Positions 27,593 through 38,546 of a DNA stretch of 64,000 bases are shown here, piece by piece. The notes under the pieces were generated by a model. That model was not told the origin of the DNA. It did not search any database and worked only from the letters and a program-made list of their open reading frames with translations. Position numbers and translations under genes: made by a program. Source of the DNA: Lachnospiraceae bacterium (GTDB lineage: Bacteria > Bacillota > Clostridia > Lachnospirales > Lachnospiraceae); NCBI GenBank assembly GCA_029054245.1, contig JAIDFQ010000004.1, positions 127,662-191,661 on the forward strand, in the 5' to 3' direction. How positions within the stretch are numbered: position 1 is the stretch's first letter; every line of letters begins with the position of its first letter.

Positions 27593-28827
27593 TATTTCTT
27601 CCTCTTTTCCTCTACCCTTTCTTGTTGCTTTTTTCTGGCTTCTATGCGCGCTTTTTCCTCTTCCCTGTAGATATGTATGGCAACAAGATCTTCTTCTTTT
27701 AAATGCCGGAAATTACTAAGGCTGGCATACAGAATTTTAAGACTGTTCAAAGTCGTATCAAAAACGCCTTCTTCATACATCGTCAGAACAATAATACCAA
27801 TCGGTACTGCAATAATCATTCCCACAACGCCCCCCGCTTTAAATCCTATGAACAGTAAGAACAAAGTGGGGATAGAAGAAAGCCCAATCGATTCTCCTAC
27901 GATTTTCGGCTGAATCAGCTGTCTTGCAAGCTGTCCCACACCCCAGATGATAAGAAGCCCTATCACCATTTTGTAGTCAGCGCTCAAAAATTTAATCACC
28001 GCCCAGGGAACCAGAACGGTTCCTGTTCCAAAGAAAGGAAGAAAGTCTAGGAATGCCACGCCGATAGCAATCAGGAAAGCATATCTGACCTGCAAAATGG
28101 TAAAACCAATCGCCAGCAGAACATACATCCATAATTCAATCTTTAGCTGCGCCTTAAAATATCCTCCCACTGCACGCTTTAAGCCTCTCTTAATCATATT
28201 GAAACGTTCAATGATAGCTTCCGGCAACGCCTTGGAAAGAAGCTGCGGCACATAATCCTTTTCTGCAACGAAAAAATACGCAGATAACACGCTCATAATA
28301 ATGCCAATCAAAATAGACGGAAGATTCTTGGCAAAACGGCTGAGCGCCTCAATGGTGGGCGTACTAAGACCACCGAAAAGATCTCCCAGATATTCCTCGA
28401 CATTGGCGGAGATGTTCTTAAAAGTGTTCTGCACTTCCTTTGGAAGATACTTGCTTGCCATCGCCAGCTTCTGTCCAATCTCTGCAAAATCCTTCTGCGT
28501 ATTTTCCCACATTTCCGGCAGTGCGCTGATAAATTCCGTCATTTCCTCCACCAGTTTAACTCCCAGAAAGTACCCTGCTCCAATGACCAGTGCGATTACC
28601 GATATGATTACAAATGCAGTCCCAGCTTTTCTTTTTATTTTAAATTTCTTCTCGAAAAATTTAACCAGCGGATTGGCGATCAACGCAATGATCCATCCTA
28701 CTACAAAGGGCATGAAATAAATGACAATTCTGGGAAGCACGAAAATGCAGAAAAGCAAAAGCGCCAGCATAATTCCCAGATTGACAAATACCTTTAGATA
28801 CGTTGTTTTATTCCATCCGCTATTCAT
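27592..28827 (-). CDS. ytvI: Sporulation integral membrane protein YtvI (AI-2E family)
   Basis: DFLPFFGTG..LVPW and RQLIQPKIVGESIGL AI-2E motifs; multi-TM. Confidence 0.8.
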   Translation of the reverse strand: MNSGWNKTTYLKVFVNLGIMLALLLFCIFVLPRIVIYFMPFVVGWIIALIANPLVKFFEKKFKIKRKAGTAFVIISVIALVIGAGYFLGVKLVEEMTEFISALPEMWENTQKDFAEIGQKLAMASKYLPKEVQNTFKNISANVEEYLGDLFGGLSTPTIEALSRFAKNLPSILIGIIMSVLSAYFFVAEKDYVPQLLSKALPEAIIERFNMIKRGLKRAVGGYFKAQLKIELWMYVLLAIGFTILQVRYAFLIAIGVAFLDFLPFFGTGTVLVPWAVIKFLSADYKMVIGLLIIWGVGQLARQLIQPKIVGESIGLSSIPTLFLLFIGFKAGGVVGMIIAVPIGIIVLTMYEEGVFDTTLNSLKILYASLSNFRHLKEEDLVAIHIYREEEKARIEARKKQQERVEEKRKK

Positions 28828-29423
28828 ATATTTTCCTCTTTTTCTAGGTAAGAATCCAGGAGCTCATAGATTTCCTCTCTCCCCTGTTTTGTCTGTGCAG
28901 AATAAGGAATGACAATTGTATTTTTAACCACTTTCAGCCTATCCTTTATCATCTTAACGTGCTTTGGCACCTGGCTTCTGTTGATTTTGTCCAACTTAGT
29001 AGCTATGATGATCGGCTCAAATCCCTGCCCCAGAATCCAGTTATACATCATCTGATCGTTGCCGGAAGGCTCGTGTCGTATGTCGATTAAAAGAAAAACC
29101 GCTTTTAACTGTTTGGAACTATGGAGATAATTTTCAATCATTTTTCCCCATTTTGCTTTCTCTGCCTCGTTTGCCCTTGCATACCCATAACCGGGGAGAT
29201 CCACAAAATACATCTGATTGTTGATGTTATAAAAGTTGATCGTCTGGGTTTTGCCTGGCTGTGCACTGGTTCTAGCAAGCGCCTTCCGGTTCATGAGTCC
29301 GTTAATCAAAGATGACTTTCCTACATTGCTCTTGCCTGCAAAAGCCACTTCCATAAACGCATTATCCGGCAATTTGCTGGTTATGCCGCACACAGTCTCC
29401 AAATTTACATTCTTAATTACCAT
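28824..29423 (-). CDS. engB: Ribosome biogenesis GTPase YihA/YsxC (EngB)
   Basis: GKSNVGKSSLIN, DLPGYG, TKLDK; directly downstream of lon. Confidence 0.93.
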   Translation of the reverse strand: MVIKNVNLETVCGITSKLPDNAFMEVAFAGKSNVGKSSLINGLMNRKALARTSAQPGKTQTINFYNINNQMYFVDLPGYGYARANEAEKAKWGKMIENYLHSSKQLKAVFLLIDIRHEPSGNDQMMYNWILGQGFEPIIIATKLDKINRSQVPKHVKMIKDRLKVVKNTIVIPYSAQTKQGREEIYELLDSYLEKEENI

Positions 29424-29459
29424 TTTTCTTCTCCATTTTGAAGCATTTGCACTATCCCA

Positions 29460-31820
29460 TCACTCCTTAAGCAATGCATGTTTTAAGACTTCTTTCATAT
29501 GCTTTACATGAATGATGGTGAGTCCTTCCTTGATTTCTTGTGAGATTTCTTCTATATCTTTCTTGTTCTCAAAAGGCACCAGCACTTCCTTGATTCCTGC
29601 CATTTTGGCTGCCAGTATCTTTTCCTTAAGCCCACCTACTGGAAGCACTCTTCCCCGCAGCGTGATTTCTCCCGTCATTGCCAGATCGCTGCGCACCTTC
29701 TTATCTGTAATCGCTGAAAAAAGAGCAGTCGCCATGGTCACGCCAGCCGAAGGTCCATCCTTTGGAACAGCGCCTTCAGGGATATGTAAATGAAAATCAT
29801 TATCTTTGAACATTTCCGGCTCGATATGATTCTCCCTGCCGATAGACCGCACATAGCTTATGCCAATCAGGGCGGACTCCTTCATCACATCTCCCATCTG
29901 TCCAGTAAGTTCTATATCCCCCTTTCCTGGCATCACATTGACTTCTATCTGCAGCGTATCGCCGCCCACACTCGTCCATGCGAGACCGCGCACGATACCT
30001 ACCTGAGGTTCTTTATCTGCTTTATCGAGGCTGTACTTTCTCTTGCCCAGATATTTGTCCAGATTGGAAACAGTTACCTTGATCTTTTCCTGTTCTCCTC
30101 CTGCTTCCCTTATCTCCAGAATTTCTTTTGCCGCCTTCCTGCAGATATCTCCAATTTTTCGCTCCAGTTCCCGGACGCCGGCTTCCTTTGTATAATAGGT
30201 GATGATATTCTTAAGCGCGCCGTCCTGAACGGAAAGCATCTGCCTGCTAAGACCGTTCTTTTCCAGCTGCTTTCCAAGCAGGTGTTCCTTGGCAATATGG
30301 AATTTTTCATTCTCTGTATAGCTGTTTACCTCAATGATTTCCATGCGGTCCAGAAGAGGTCTTGGAATCGTCTGCGTCGTATTGGCGGTTGCGATGAACA
30401 GAACCTCCGAAAGATCCAGCGGTATTTCCACATAGTGATCTCTGAATTTTACATTCTGTTCTCCATCCAGCACCTCTAACAGCGCCGAAAACGTATCCCC
30501 CTTATAGTCGTTGCTTACCTTATCGATCTCATCTAACAGCATCAGCGGATTCTTTACCCCCGCCTGCTTAAGCCCTGCCGCAATTCGTCCCGGCATAGCG
30601 CCCACGTAGGTTCTGCGGTGTCCTCTGATTTCTGCTTCATCCCTGACACCCCCTAGACAGATCCTGATATATTTCTTGTCAAGAGATTTTGCCACACTCC
30701 TTGCAATGGAAGTCTTTCCTGTTCCTGGGGGACCTACCAGACAAATTATGGGGCTTTCCCCCTTACTGGTCAGACAGCGTACCGCCAGAAACTCTAAAAT
30801 GCGCTCCTTGACCTGATCAAGCCCATAGTGATCCCTCTCCAGAATCTCCTTTGCACGCTTCATGCTTTCATTGTCCTGGGAAGCCTTATCCCATGGCAGT
30901 TCCAGAAGCGTTTCAATATAAGCGCGTTCAACAGCGCTCTCTGAGCTACTTCCCGAAAGGTTCTTAAACCGGGTAATCTCCTTCCTGATTTTCGCCTTCA
31001 CCTCTTCCGAAGCCTGAAGCGTCTCCAAAGCCTCCTCAAACTGATCAGTATCTGAAAAAGCATCTTCTTCTCCCAGTTCCTGCTTGATATAGTGAAGCTG
31101 TTCCTTCAAAAGATACGTTCTCTGGTTTTTATCTACTCTCTCTTTTATTTTTTGCGTCAGTTCATCTCTTGCCTTGGCGATCTCAATTTCATTAAGCAAA
31201 TGCTCACATAAGCTATCATACCGCTCTTTTATGGAAACAGCCTCTAAAATTTGCTGTTTCTTTTCATAATTCATGGGCAGATTCATTGCAATCTGGTCAA
31301 GCAGGCTGCCAATATCCTCGATCTGAGCATATCTATTCACCGCATTCTTATCGATCTTTGGGTAGTGTGAAGCAAAGACTGTAAAGTGCTCCCTAATCTG
31401 GCGTATCATTGCTTCTTCCTCTACCTGATTTATCCCAGCTTTCTCTTCCGCTTCACTTACTGCCTCTAAATCTGCTTCCAGAAATTTTGCATTTTCTCCA
31501 TTGATTTCATGCAAAATCCCGCGTCCGATTCCTTCCACCAGCACCCTTACAATCTGATTAGGAAGCTTTGTAATCTGCTTGACCACCGCAATCGTTCCCA
31601 TCCTGTAAAGATGTTCTTCTCCCGGCGTTTCGACTCCCGGCTCTTTCTGCGATACCAGAAAGAGCTTTCCGCCCTTTATCATTGCATATTCTAATGCCTG
31701 CATAGATTTTTCCTTGTTCAGGTCAAAATGTATAACCGTACCCGGAAGAATCGTCATCCCGCGAAGGGGGATAATAGGCATGGTAAGAAACTGCCTCGTT
31801 TCTTCTTTTCTTTCACTCAT
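29460..31820 (-). CDS. lon: ATP-dependent Lon protease
   Basis: [13 protein letters not shown] and PKDGPSAG catalytic Ser motif; start placed at ATG 31820 (RBS present). The track extends to 31946 through the repeat array. Confidence 0.95.
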   Translation of the reverse strand: MSERKEETRQFLTMPIIPLRGMTILPGTVIHFDLNKEKSMQALEYAMIKGGKLFLVSQKEPGVETPGEEHLYRMGTIAVVKQITKLPNQIVRVLVEGIGRGILHEINGENAKFLEADLEAVSEAEEKAGINQVEEEAMIRQIREHFTVFASHYPKIDKNAVNRYAQIEDIGSLLDQIAMNLPMNYEKKQQILEAVSIKERYDSLCEHLLNEIEIAKARDELTQKIKERVDKNQRTYLLKEQLHYIKQELGEEDAFSDTDQFEEALETLQASEEVKAKIRKEITRFKNLSGSSSESAVERAYIETLLELPWDKASQDNESMKRAKEILERDHYGLDQVKERILEFLAVRCLTSKGESPIICLVGPPGTGKTSIARSVAKSLDKKYIRICLGGVRDEAEIRGHRRTYVGAMPGRIAAGLKQAGVKNPLMLLDEIDKVSNDYKGDTFSALLEVLDGEQNVKFRDHYVEIPLDLSEVLFIATANTTQTIPRPLLDRMEIIEVNSYTENEKFHIAKEHLLGKQLEKNGLSRQMLSVQDGALKNIITYYTKEAGVRELERKIGDICRKAAKEILEIREAGGEQEKIKVTVSNLDKYLGKRKYSLDKADKEPQVGIVRGLAWTSVGGDTLQIEVNVMPGKGDIELTGQMGDVMKESALIGISYVRSIGRENHIEPEMFKDNDFHLHIPEGAVPKDGPSAGVTMATALFSAITDKKVRSDLAMTGEITLRGRVLPVGGLKEKILAAKMAGIKEVLVPFENKKDIEEISQEIKEGLTIIHVKHMKEVLKHALLKE

Positions 31821-31837
31821 TCCCTTAATTCCTCTCA

Positions 31838-31921
31838 CAAACGCTTCGCTTATTGCATCAAACGCTTCGCTTATTGCACCAAACGCTTCGCTTATTGCAC
31901 CAAACGCTTCGCTTATTGGAC
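31838..31921. repeat. Tandem 21-bp repeat x4 (copy B of the dispersed 18-bp module)
   Basis: caaacgcttcgcttattgca(t/c) units start at 31838, 31859, 31880 and 31901. Confidence 0.93.
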
Positions 31922-31922
31922 A

Positions 31923-31950
31923 GAAAATGCCGCCTGTCGGCGGCATTTCT
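31923..31950 (-). terminator. Hairpin (possible terminator/attenuator) between clpX and lon
   Basis: 10-bp stem AAATGCCGCC/GGCGGCATTT with 4-nt loop immediately after the clpX stop; short U-tract. Confidence 0.6.
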
Positions 31951-33203
31951 TATCTGGCCTTACGCATTACTTCACGATGTATCAATAAAGGTTCACTGGT
32001 ACCTTCTACCGCTCCTTTTGTAATAACGCATTCTTCTATTGTTTCATCCGAAGGAATCTGATACATGACATCCATCATCGCTTTCTCCATAATGGAGCGC
32101 AATCCCCTCGCGCCCGTCTTACGTTCAAATGCCTGCTTTGCGATGGTCTCAATTGCATCCTTCTCAAAGCTTAGCTTGACCTCATCAAATCCAAATAGTT
32201 TCTGATACTGCTTGATCAGCGCGCTCTTAGGCTCCGTGAGGATCCTGTAAAGCGCCTTTTCATCCAACCCCTCCAGTGATACATTGATGGGCACACGTCC
32301 CACGAATTCTGGGATAAGCCCAAACTTCACCAAATCCTGGGGCGATACTTCTTTCAGCATTTCGCTGATTTCCCGATTGTTCTTGCTTGCTATTTCCGCG
32401 TCAAAGCCGATTGAATTGCGGTTCAATCTGTTTTCAACAATTTTTTCCAAACCGTCAAATGCGCCTCCGCAGATAAACAGTATATTGGAAGTATCAATCT
32501 GAATCAATTCCTGATGGGGGTGCTTCCTGCCTCCCTGAGGCGGCACGCTTGCCGTAGTCCCCTCGATAATTTTAAGGAGCGCCTGCTGCACGCCTTCACC
32601 GGATACGTCTCTGGTAATGGATACATTCTCGCTTTTCTTTGTAATCTTATCAATCTCATCAATGTAAATGATTCCCAACTGCGCGCGTTCCACATCATAA
32701 TCGGCTGCCTGGATCAGCTTAAGAAGGATGTTCTCCACATCCTCTCCCACGTATCCTGCCTCGGTCAATGTAGTTGCATCCGCAATGGCAAAGGGCACAT
32801 TGATAATCTTCGCCAGCGTCTGTGCCAGATAGGTCTTACCGGAACCAGTAGGCCCAATCATGATGATATTGCTCTTTTGAAGCTCCACATCATCCATGTC
32901 CTTAGGCGCCGTAACCCTTTTGTAATGATTGTACACAGCAACCGAAAGAACCTTTTTCGCTTCCTCCTGACCAATTACATAATCATCCAGAAAATCCTTG
33001 ATTTCCACTGGTTTCAACAGATTAATATCAAGTTCTGTCTCTTCAATCTCTTCCTCATATTCTTCTTCCACAATATCGGCACATATTTCCACGCACTCAT
33101 CACAGATATACACGCCCGCAGGGCCTGCTATCATCTTTCTTACCTGATCCTGTGTCTTATTACAAAAAGAACACCTGATGTTGTCAGAACTTTTTCCTGC
33201 CAT
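31950..33203 (-). CDS. clpX: ATP-dependent Clp protease ATP-binding subunit ClpX
   Basis: CSFC...ICDEC zinc-binding domain, [31 protein letters not shown] loop. Confidence 0.96.
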   Translation of the reverse strand: MAGKSSDNIRCSFCNKTQDQVRKMIAGPAGVYICDECVEICADIVEEEYEEEIEETELDINLLKPVEIKDFLDDYVIGQEEAKKVLSVAVYNHYKRVTAPKDMDDVELQKSNIIMIGPTGSGKTYLAQTLAKIINVPFAIADATTLTEAGYVGEDVENILLKLIQAADYDVERAQLGIIYIDEIDKITKKSENVSITRDVSGEGVQQALLKIIEGTTASVPPQGGRKHPHQELIQIDTSNILFICGGAFDGLEKIVENRLNRNSIGFDAEIASKNNREISEMLKEVSPQDLVKFGLIPEFVGRVPINVSLEGLDEKALYRILTEPKSALIKQYQKLFGFDEVKLSFEKDAIETIAKQAFERKTGARGLRSIMEKAMMDVMYQIPSDETIEECVITKGAVEGTSEPLLIHREVMRKAR

Positions 33204-33221
33204 CTTCTTACCTCTTACCCA

Positions 33222-33812
33222 TTAATTGTCAGAACGCTTGTAAAGGACTCTGTCAATCAAGCCATATTCCTTTGCTTCCTCGGCAGTCATCCAATTATCC
33301 CTCTCTGTGTCTGCCGCAATCACATCATAGTCTTTACCTGTGTTTTCTGCCAAAATTTTATTTAATTTTTCTTTTGTATGCAAAATATGTTTGGCGGCAA
33401 TCTCGATTTCCGTAGCCTGCCCCTGTGCACCGCCCAAAGGCTGGTGAATCATCACTTCCGCATTGGGAAGCGCCAGTCTCTTGCCCTTCGCTCCCCCTGC
33501 CAGCAAAAATGCTCCCATGCTGGCTGCCATGCCGATGCAGTTGGTAGATACATCACATTTGATATACTGCATGGTATCATAAATCGCCATACCTGCGGTC
33601 ACGCTTCCGCCGGGGCTGTTGATGTAAAACTGAATATCCTTTTCCGGGTCTTCTGCCTCTAAAAACAGCATCTGTGCCACAATCAGGCTTGCCGTCACTT
33701 CATTGACTTCCTCGCCCAAAAAAATGATTCTTTCTTTTAAAAGTCTTGAATAAATATCGTAGGAACGCTCTCCCCTACTTGTCTGTTCAATGACATAAGG
33801 TACTAAACTCAT
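33222..33812 (-). CDS. clpP: ATP-dependent Clp protease proteolytic subunit
   Basis: [31 protein letters not shown]. Confidence 0.96.
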   Translation of the reverse strand: MSLVPYVIEQTSRGERSYDIYSRLLKERIIFLGEEVNEVTASLIVAQMLFLEAEDPEKDIQFYINSPGGSVTAGMAIYDTMQYIKCDVSTNCIGMAASMGAFLLAGGAKGKRLALPNAEVMIHQPLGGAQGQATEIEIAAKHILHTKEKLNKILAENTGKDYDVIAADTERDNWMTAEEAKEYGLIDRVLYKRSDN

Positions 33813-33850
33813 TACTGCATCCTCCTTACTGCCTTTTAAAACCTGATTTC

Positions 33851-35137
33851 TTATTTTTCTTTTGCGTTTTCTACTACAAATTCAGCAGCTTTTCTCACTG
33901 CGATGTCTGCTTTAATCTGAGATACGCTCTTCTCAGGAAGCATTTCTTTTACCTTGTCTACTTCCATCTGATAAGCTTCTGCCATTACCTTTAATTCTTC
34001 TTCGTAATCTTCCTCGGATGCTTCGATTTTTTCTGCCTTGACGATTTCTTCAAGCACCAGTCTGGATTTGATTCTCTTTTCTGCCTGAGGTCTTACCTGT
34101 TCAATCATCTTGTCGTAAGTCGTACCTGTAAACTGGAAGTACTGGTCTAGGGATAAGCCCTGCATCTGGATTCTCTGTGCAAATTCATCCACCATTTGTC
34201 TCTGCTGCGTAGTGAGCATCGCCTCCGGAATCTCCATATCAGAATCATTCACGATTGCCTCAATGACTGCCGCTTCCTTCGCATTCTTTGCTTCTTTTGC
34301 TTTCTCTTCTGTCAGTTTAGCCTTGACATCTGCTTTATATTCCTCCAAAGTATCAAATTCTGATACTTCGCTTGCAAATTCATCATCAAGTGCAGGGAGT
34401 TCTTTTTCCTTGATTTCTTTAATCGTACATTTAAATACAGCAGCTTTTCCTTTCAGTTCTTCTGCCTGATAGTCTTCTGGGAAGGTAACGTTCACTTCCA
34501 CTTCCTTGCCGATTTCTGCGCCGACCAACTGCTCTTCAAAGCCCGGAATAAATGCGCCGGAACCGATAGTCAGAGGATAGTTTTCACCTTTGCCGCCTTC
34601 AAATGCCGTTCCATCAACAAAGCCCTCAAAATCAAGCACAGTCATATCGCCGTCCTTTACCGGTCTGTCTGTGACTTCAATGTTTCTGGCATTGCTTTCT
34701 CTTTCCTGGTTGATCTTTGCATCTACCTCTTCCTCTGTCACTTCTGTATCCGCTTTTTCAACCTTAACACCTTTGTACTTTCCTAACTTCACCGGCGGTT
34801 TAAGCGCAACCTCAGCCGTAAAGATAAAGGGCTCGCCTTTTTTGATCTGAGCCACATCGATGGTTGGGGAAGATACAATATCCTCTCCGCACTCTTCCAC
34901 TGCCTTCTCATAGGCATCAGGAATCAGCTCATTGGCAGCATCCTCATAAAAGATTTCCGGTCCGTACATCTTCTCTATCATCTGACGGGGCACTTTGCCC
35001 TTTCTGAATCCGGGAACGCTGATTTTATTCTTGTTCTTTAAGAATGCATTCTGTAATGCCTTTTCCAGTTCTTCTGCGGAAACTTCGATTGTCAGTTTCG
35101 CCATGCTTTTCTCTAACTTTTCTACCTGTACACTCAT
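33851..35137 (-). CDS. tig: Trigger factor
   Basis: [10 protein letters not shown] ribosome-binding motif, FKBP domain ([11 protein letters not shown]). Confidence 0.96.
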   Translation of the reverse strand: MSVQVEKLEKSMAKLTIEVSAEELEKALQNAFLKNKNKISVPGFRKGKVPRQMIEKMYGPEIFYEDAANELIPDAYEKAVEECGEDIVSSPTIDVAQIKKGEPFIFTAEVALKPPVKLGKYKGVKVEKADTEVTEEEVDAKINQERESNARNIEVTDRPVKDGDMTVLDFEGFVDGTAFEGGKGENYPLTIGSGAFIPGFEEQLVGAEIGKEVEVNVTFPEDYQAEELKGKAAVFKCTIKEIKEKELPALDDEFASEVSEFDTLEEYKADVKAKLTEEKAKEAKNAKEAAVIEAIVNDSDMEIPEAMLTTQQRQMVDEFAQRIQMQGLSLDQYFQFTGTTYDKMIEQVRPQAEKRIKSRLVLEEIVKAEKIEASEEDYEEELKVMAEAYQMEVDKVKEMLPEKSVSQIKADIAVRKAAEFVVENAKEK

Positions 35138-35489
35138 CCTCGTACATCCTCCTTATAAATCTGTGTCTTTATATAAACTTACCGCTTACTGGGCAAATTG
35201 TAAGCATACTCACAGTCATTTTACGATTATATCATATAAAAAATAAAAATACCAGAATTTTATGCTTGATTTCATTTATTGTTGGATGTGTTTCTTGAAT
35301 TTGTACAGGAAGAAGACCATTCTGTCCTGCGTTGTATGGAAAAAGAGTTTCTTGCACTGGACCGTGCAGATATTCTGGCTTACCGGAAAAGCGATTTTCA
35401 AACCGATGTGCTGGTATCTGACGGTTGTAATATCCTATCCACTGACAGTCCTTATCTTGCAAAAAAATATTGAAAAACAGACATAATTG

Positions 35490-35936
35490 CTATGAAATTA
35501 TCTGATAACCTCTTTTGCCAAGAACCTCCAACGCTTTGTTCAAATCCTCGGCTTTTACCAAAATATAATCCGTATGGAAAGTTGAAATAACGAAAACCCC
35601 GATCTCATGCTTTGCCAGTTCCGTTGATATTCCGGCAAGTATTCCGATCAGCGAAAAGTCCAGGATTCCCCTGATTCTCATAATTTTCCATCCATCCTCT
35701 CTTTCCGTCACATTCTCCGGTACCAATTTCCTTTGACAGACCAATGAATTTTCTTCATCCGTCTTTGCTGTAAAACACAAATCCGATTCCAGATTTACCA
35801 AGGAATAATCTTGTACCTTACAGATGGACATTTCCGCTTCAAGAGCCTCAATGTGTATTTGTGCAACTGAAAGTGATTTTTCCGCTTTTTGATTTTGTCC
35901 CTGAATCACATCCATTTTGTTCCTATGCCTCCACAA
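35490..35936 (-). CDS. ACT-domain protein (CASTOR/DUF2241-like)
   Basis: TDEENSLVC and LDFSLIGILAGIS...STFHTDYILVK; start uncertain. Confidence 0.8.
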   Translation of the reverse strand: MWRHRNKMDVIQGQNQKAEKSLSVAQIHIEALEAEMSICKVQDYSLVNLESDLCFTAKTDEENSLVCQRKLVPENVTEREDGWKIMRIRGILDFSLIGILAGISTELAKHEIGVFVISTFHTDYILVKAEDLNKALEVLGKRGYQIIS

Positions 35937-35993
35937 GAGTTATCTGTATTTATCATCATCTCTAAATACCTTCGCTGCAAGATTGATACTCCT

Positions 35994-37715
35994 TCATCTT
36001 GCTATGGAGTCTTTGATTTCTAGCGAACTGCCAATCAACACTTTTTTCCCGCAAAAAGCAAATCCATATTTGCGGATATGTTCTTTCGGTATTCCTTTTG
36101 CCGCAAGGTTCGCCTGATAATCCTTTTCTTCAATCTGCCGCAAGGCGTCCTGCACGGTGTCTGTAAGCTCCTTCTCATCCGTATCCTGCACCTTAAATTC
36201 TAAGATAATTGCATTATTTTCCTTTTGCCTTGGTTCCAGCATCACATCATATCTTCCAAAACCGCTTTCTCTATTTGAAGTAATGAGGTACTGATCGGTC
36301 AATTCCACCATTAGCCCCAGCACAAAGCCATGATAAAACCGTTCCGGCTCTTCTTCGGAAGGTTTTTTCCCTGTATCAAAATAACTAAATATTTCTGATG
36401 TAACCTTATTCATATAAACGTTCATTGCCTTTAGATCATCTAAAAGCAGCGCGCGGATAAAATCGTTGTAGTCCGCTTTCACACTGCCAAACCATTTCCG
36501 CACCATATTGCGGAACATAGCTTTTACCTCGAAGTTGGTCAGTTCCAGTTCGTAATCCTGCTTCCACTCCCCAAATTCCGAAGTATATACTTCATACCTT
36601 TTCACCTTCAGATAGCCGCTGGCAAGCAGAAGACTCCAAATTGCCTGCTCATCACTGTCTAACAAATCATAGACAATCTGCTCATCTATCTCCGCGCAGA
36701 TAGATGAGCCCTGTAGAAGACTTTCAAACGTTTCCTTGACGCTTCTGCTCCCCTCACGCACCAGCTTTCCAATCAGGCTGTTGGAGCTTGTGTTTGCCCA
36801 GTAAGTTCCTACTCTTCTTTCATCCAGAAAGTTAATAATAGACCATGGATTATAAATATCTTTTATGTTCCCAAAAGTAAATCCATCGTACCAGTCCCTT
36901 ACCTGTTGTTTCTGGCTTGACAAATCAAATTCATCCAGCGCTGCAAAAACCTCTTCTTTCGTAAATCCAAAACAGTCTGCATACTGTGTAGACGTAGTCG
37001 TTACTACCTTTAGATTGTTCAGATCTGAAAAAATCGATTCCTTACTGACCCGCGTAATCCCTGTCATAACAGCGCGCTCCAGATAGGGATTCGTCTTAAA
37101 TGTTGAATTGAACAGATTTCTGGTAAAGGATACCAGCTCCTTCCAATATCCATTCACGTACGCTTCCTGCATGGGTGTATCATACTCATCCAAAAGAATA
37201 ATGACCTTTTTTCCATAATATCTGCAAAGAAAATCGGATAAAGAGCGCAGTGCCGCCGCCGCTACATTATCCTGCATATCTGCAGAAACCTTCTGATAAA
37301 ATGCCTTTTCCTTTTCATTAAGCAAATTTCCCTTTAACAGGTAATCATGTTTGTTGTATTGTTCTTCAATTGTGCGGCAGATGCTCTGCCTTGCTTCCTC
37401 ATAAACATTCTCCTTAATCCCCGCAAAGCTAAAAAAAAGAACAGGATAAGTTCCCTGCAGGCGGCGGTACTTTTCCTGCTCCCATATGGACAATCCTTCA
37501 AACAAATCCCCTCTGCCTTTATAGTTAACAGAAAAGAATTTCTCCAGCATACTCATGTTCAGCGTCTTTCCAAAACGTCTCGGACGTGTAATCAGCGTTA
37601 CGCTATCTCCACCTTCCCACCATTCCTGTATGAAATTTGACTTATCAATATAGAAATATCCTTCTTTTTGAATTGCCTCAAAATCCTGATTTCCTATGCT
37701 GACTGTTCTTGCCAT
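35994..37715 (-). CDS. AAA-ATPase-like protein fused to a C-terminal PD-(D/E)XK nuclease domain
   Basis: RPRRFGKT Walker A, LDEYD Walker B, SNRESGFGRYD...LEFK nuclease motif. Confidence 0.88.
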   Translation of the reverse strand: MARTVSIGNQDFEAIQKEGYFYIDKSNFIQEWWEGGDSVTLITRPRRFGKTLNMSMLEKFFSVNYKGRGDLFEGLSIWEQEKYRRLQGTYPVLFFSFAGIKENVYEEARQSICRTIEEQYNKHDYLLKGNLLNEKEKAFYQKVSADMQDNVAAAALRSLSDFLCRYYGKKVIILLDEYDTPMQEAYVNGYWKELVSFTRNLFNSTFKTNPYLERAVMTGITRVSKESIFSDLNNLKVVTTTSTQYADCFGFTKEEVFAALDEFDLSSQKQQVRDWYDGFTFGNIKDIYNPWSIINFLDERRVGTYWANTSSNSLIGKLVREGSRSVKETFESLLQGSSICAEIDEQIVYDLLDSDEQAIWSLLLASGYLKVKRYEVYTSEFGEWKQDYELELTNFEVKAMFRNMVRKWFGSVKADYNDFIRALLLDDLKAMNVYMNKVTSEIFSYFDTGKKPSEEEPERFYHGFVLGLMVELTDQYLITSNRESGFGRYDVMLEPRQKENNAIILEFKVQDTDEKELTDTVQDALRQIEEKDYQANLAAKGIPKEHIRKYGFAFCGKKVLIGSSLEIKDSIAR

Positions 37716-37862
37716 CGCTTCCCTGCCCCTTTGCCATTGCCTAAAACTCATGCCTATTTCTTCTTATTACAGTATATCTTTTTCCTTCTTTAAAATCAAT
37801 CTTTAAAACTGCTCCCCTTGCATGCAAACTCCAACAGGCTATACAATAAATGAAAAAGTTTT

Positions 37863-37891
37863 TTGCATTTTCTGTCTTTATCCCTTATACT
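37863..37891 (+). promoter_or_regulatory. Putative SigA promoter of the ECF S-component gene
   Basis: TTGCAT, 17-nt spacer, TATACT. Confidence 0.5.
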
Positions 37892-37940
37892 TATACTCAT
37901 GTGATAAAAATTTAACAACCATAACACAGGAGGATTTTCA

Positions 37941-38513
37941 ATGAAGTTATCAACAAGACAACTGGTTCAGACAGCGCTGTTGCTTGCCATATGTATTGCA
38001 AGTCAGTTTTTTAAAAACTTTTCCGTATACATCACAGGTCCTATCGTAAACACGACGATCATCATCGCTGTACTTGCGGTTGGTTTATGGAGCGGACTTC
38101 TCATCAGTATCATCGCCCCTATTACCGCCTTTTTTATAACAGGCTCTCCCATCATGGCGGCCATTCCCCTGATGTTTGCTGCCGTCATCTTGGGAAATGT
38201 CATTCTGGCAGCCTGTACATGGTACTCTCACAAAAAGTTCCATTTTAAAGGAAAACTTCCTGTCGGTCTGGTCGCCGGCTCTATTTTAAAGGCTGCTTTT
38301 ATGGGAATCACGATCGTCTTAATCCTGCTTCCAAGCTTTGGAAACAATATTGCATCCAAACTTCCGAAACCCGAAGCTCTGCCCGCAGTTCTGGCAACGG
38401 CAAAAGTCACTTTTTCCATTACCCAGCTGATCACTGCCCTGACTGGCAGCCTTCTTGCCTACCTCATATGGCTGCCATTGCAGAAGTATTTACAAAAACA
38501 ACCCACCTGCTAA
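37941..38513 (+). CDS. ECF transporter S component (substrate unknown)
   Basis: LVQTALLLAI, YITGPIVN and five to six TMs typical of group II ECF S components; AGGAGG RBS. Confidence 0.8.
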   Translation: MKLSTRQLVQTALLLAICIASQFFKNFSVYITGPIVNTTIIIAVLAVGLWSGLLISIIAPITAFFITGSPIMAAIPLMFAAVILGNVILAACTWYSHKKFHFKGKLPVGLVAGSILKAAFMGITIVLILLPSFGNNIASKLPKPEALPAVLATAKVTFSITQLITALTGSLLAYLIWLPLQKYLQKQPTC

Positions 38514-38524
38514 TGCAGGTGGGT
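38501..38524. terminator. Hairpin terminator between convergent genes
   Basis: 10-bp stem ACCCACCTGC/GCAGGTGGGT with an upstream A-run and a downstream T-rich tract. Confidence 0.75.
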
Positions 38525-38546
38525 CATTCTTTTTGTTTTTGTTTCG

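Noticed and set aside
31838-31921. CRISPR array
   Set aside because: The units are contiguous 21-bp tandem repeats with no unique 30-40 bp spacers, and there are no cas genes in the window.
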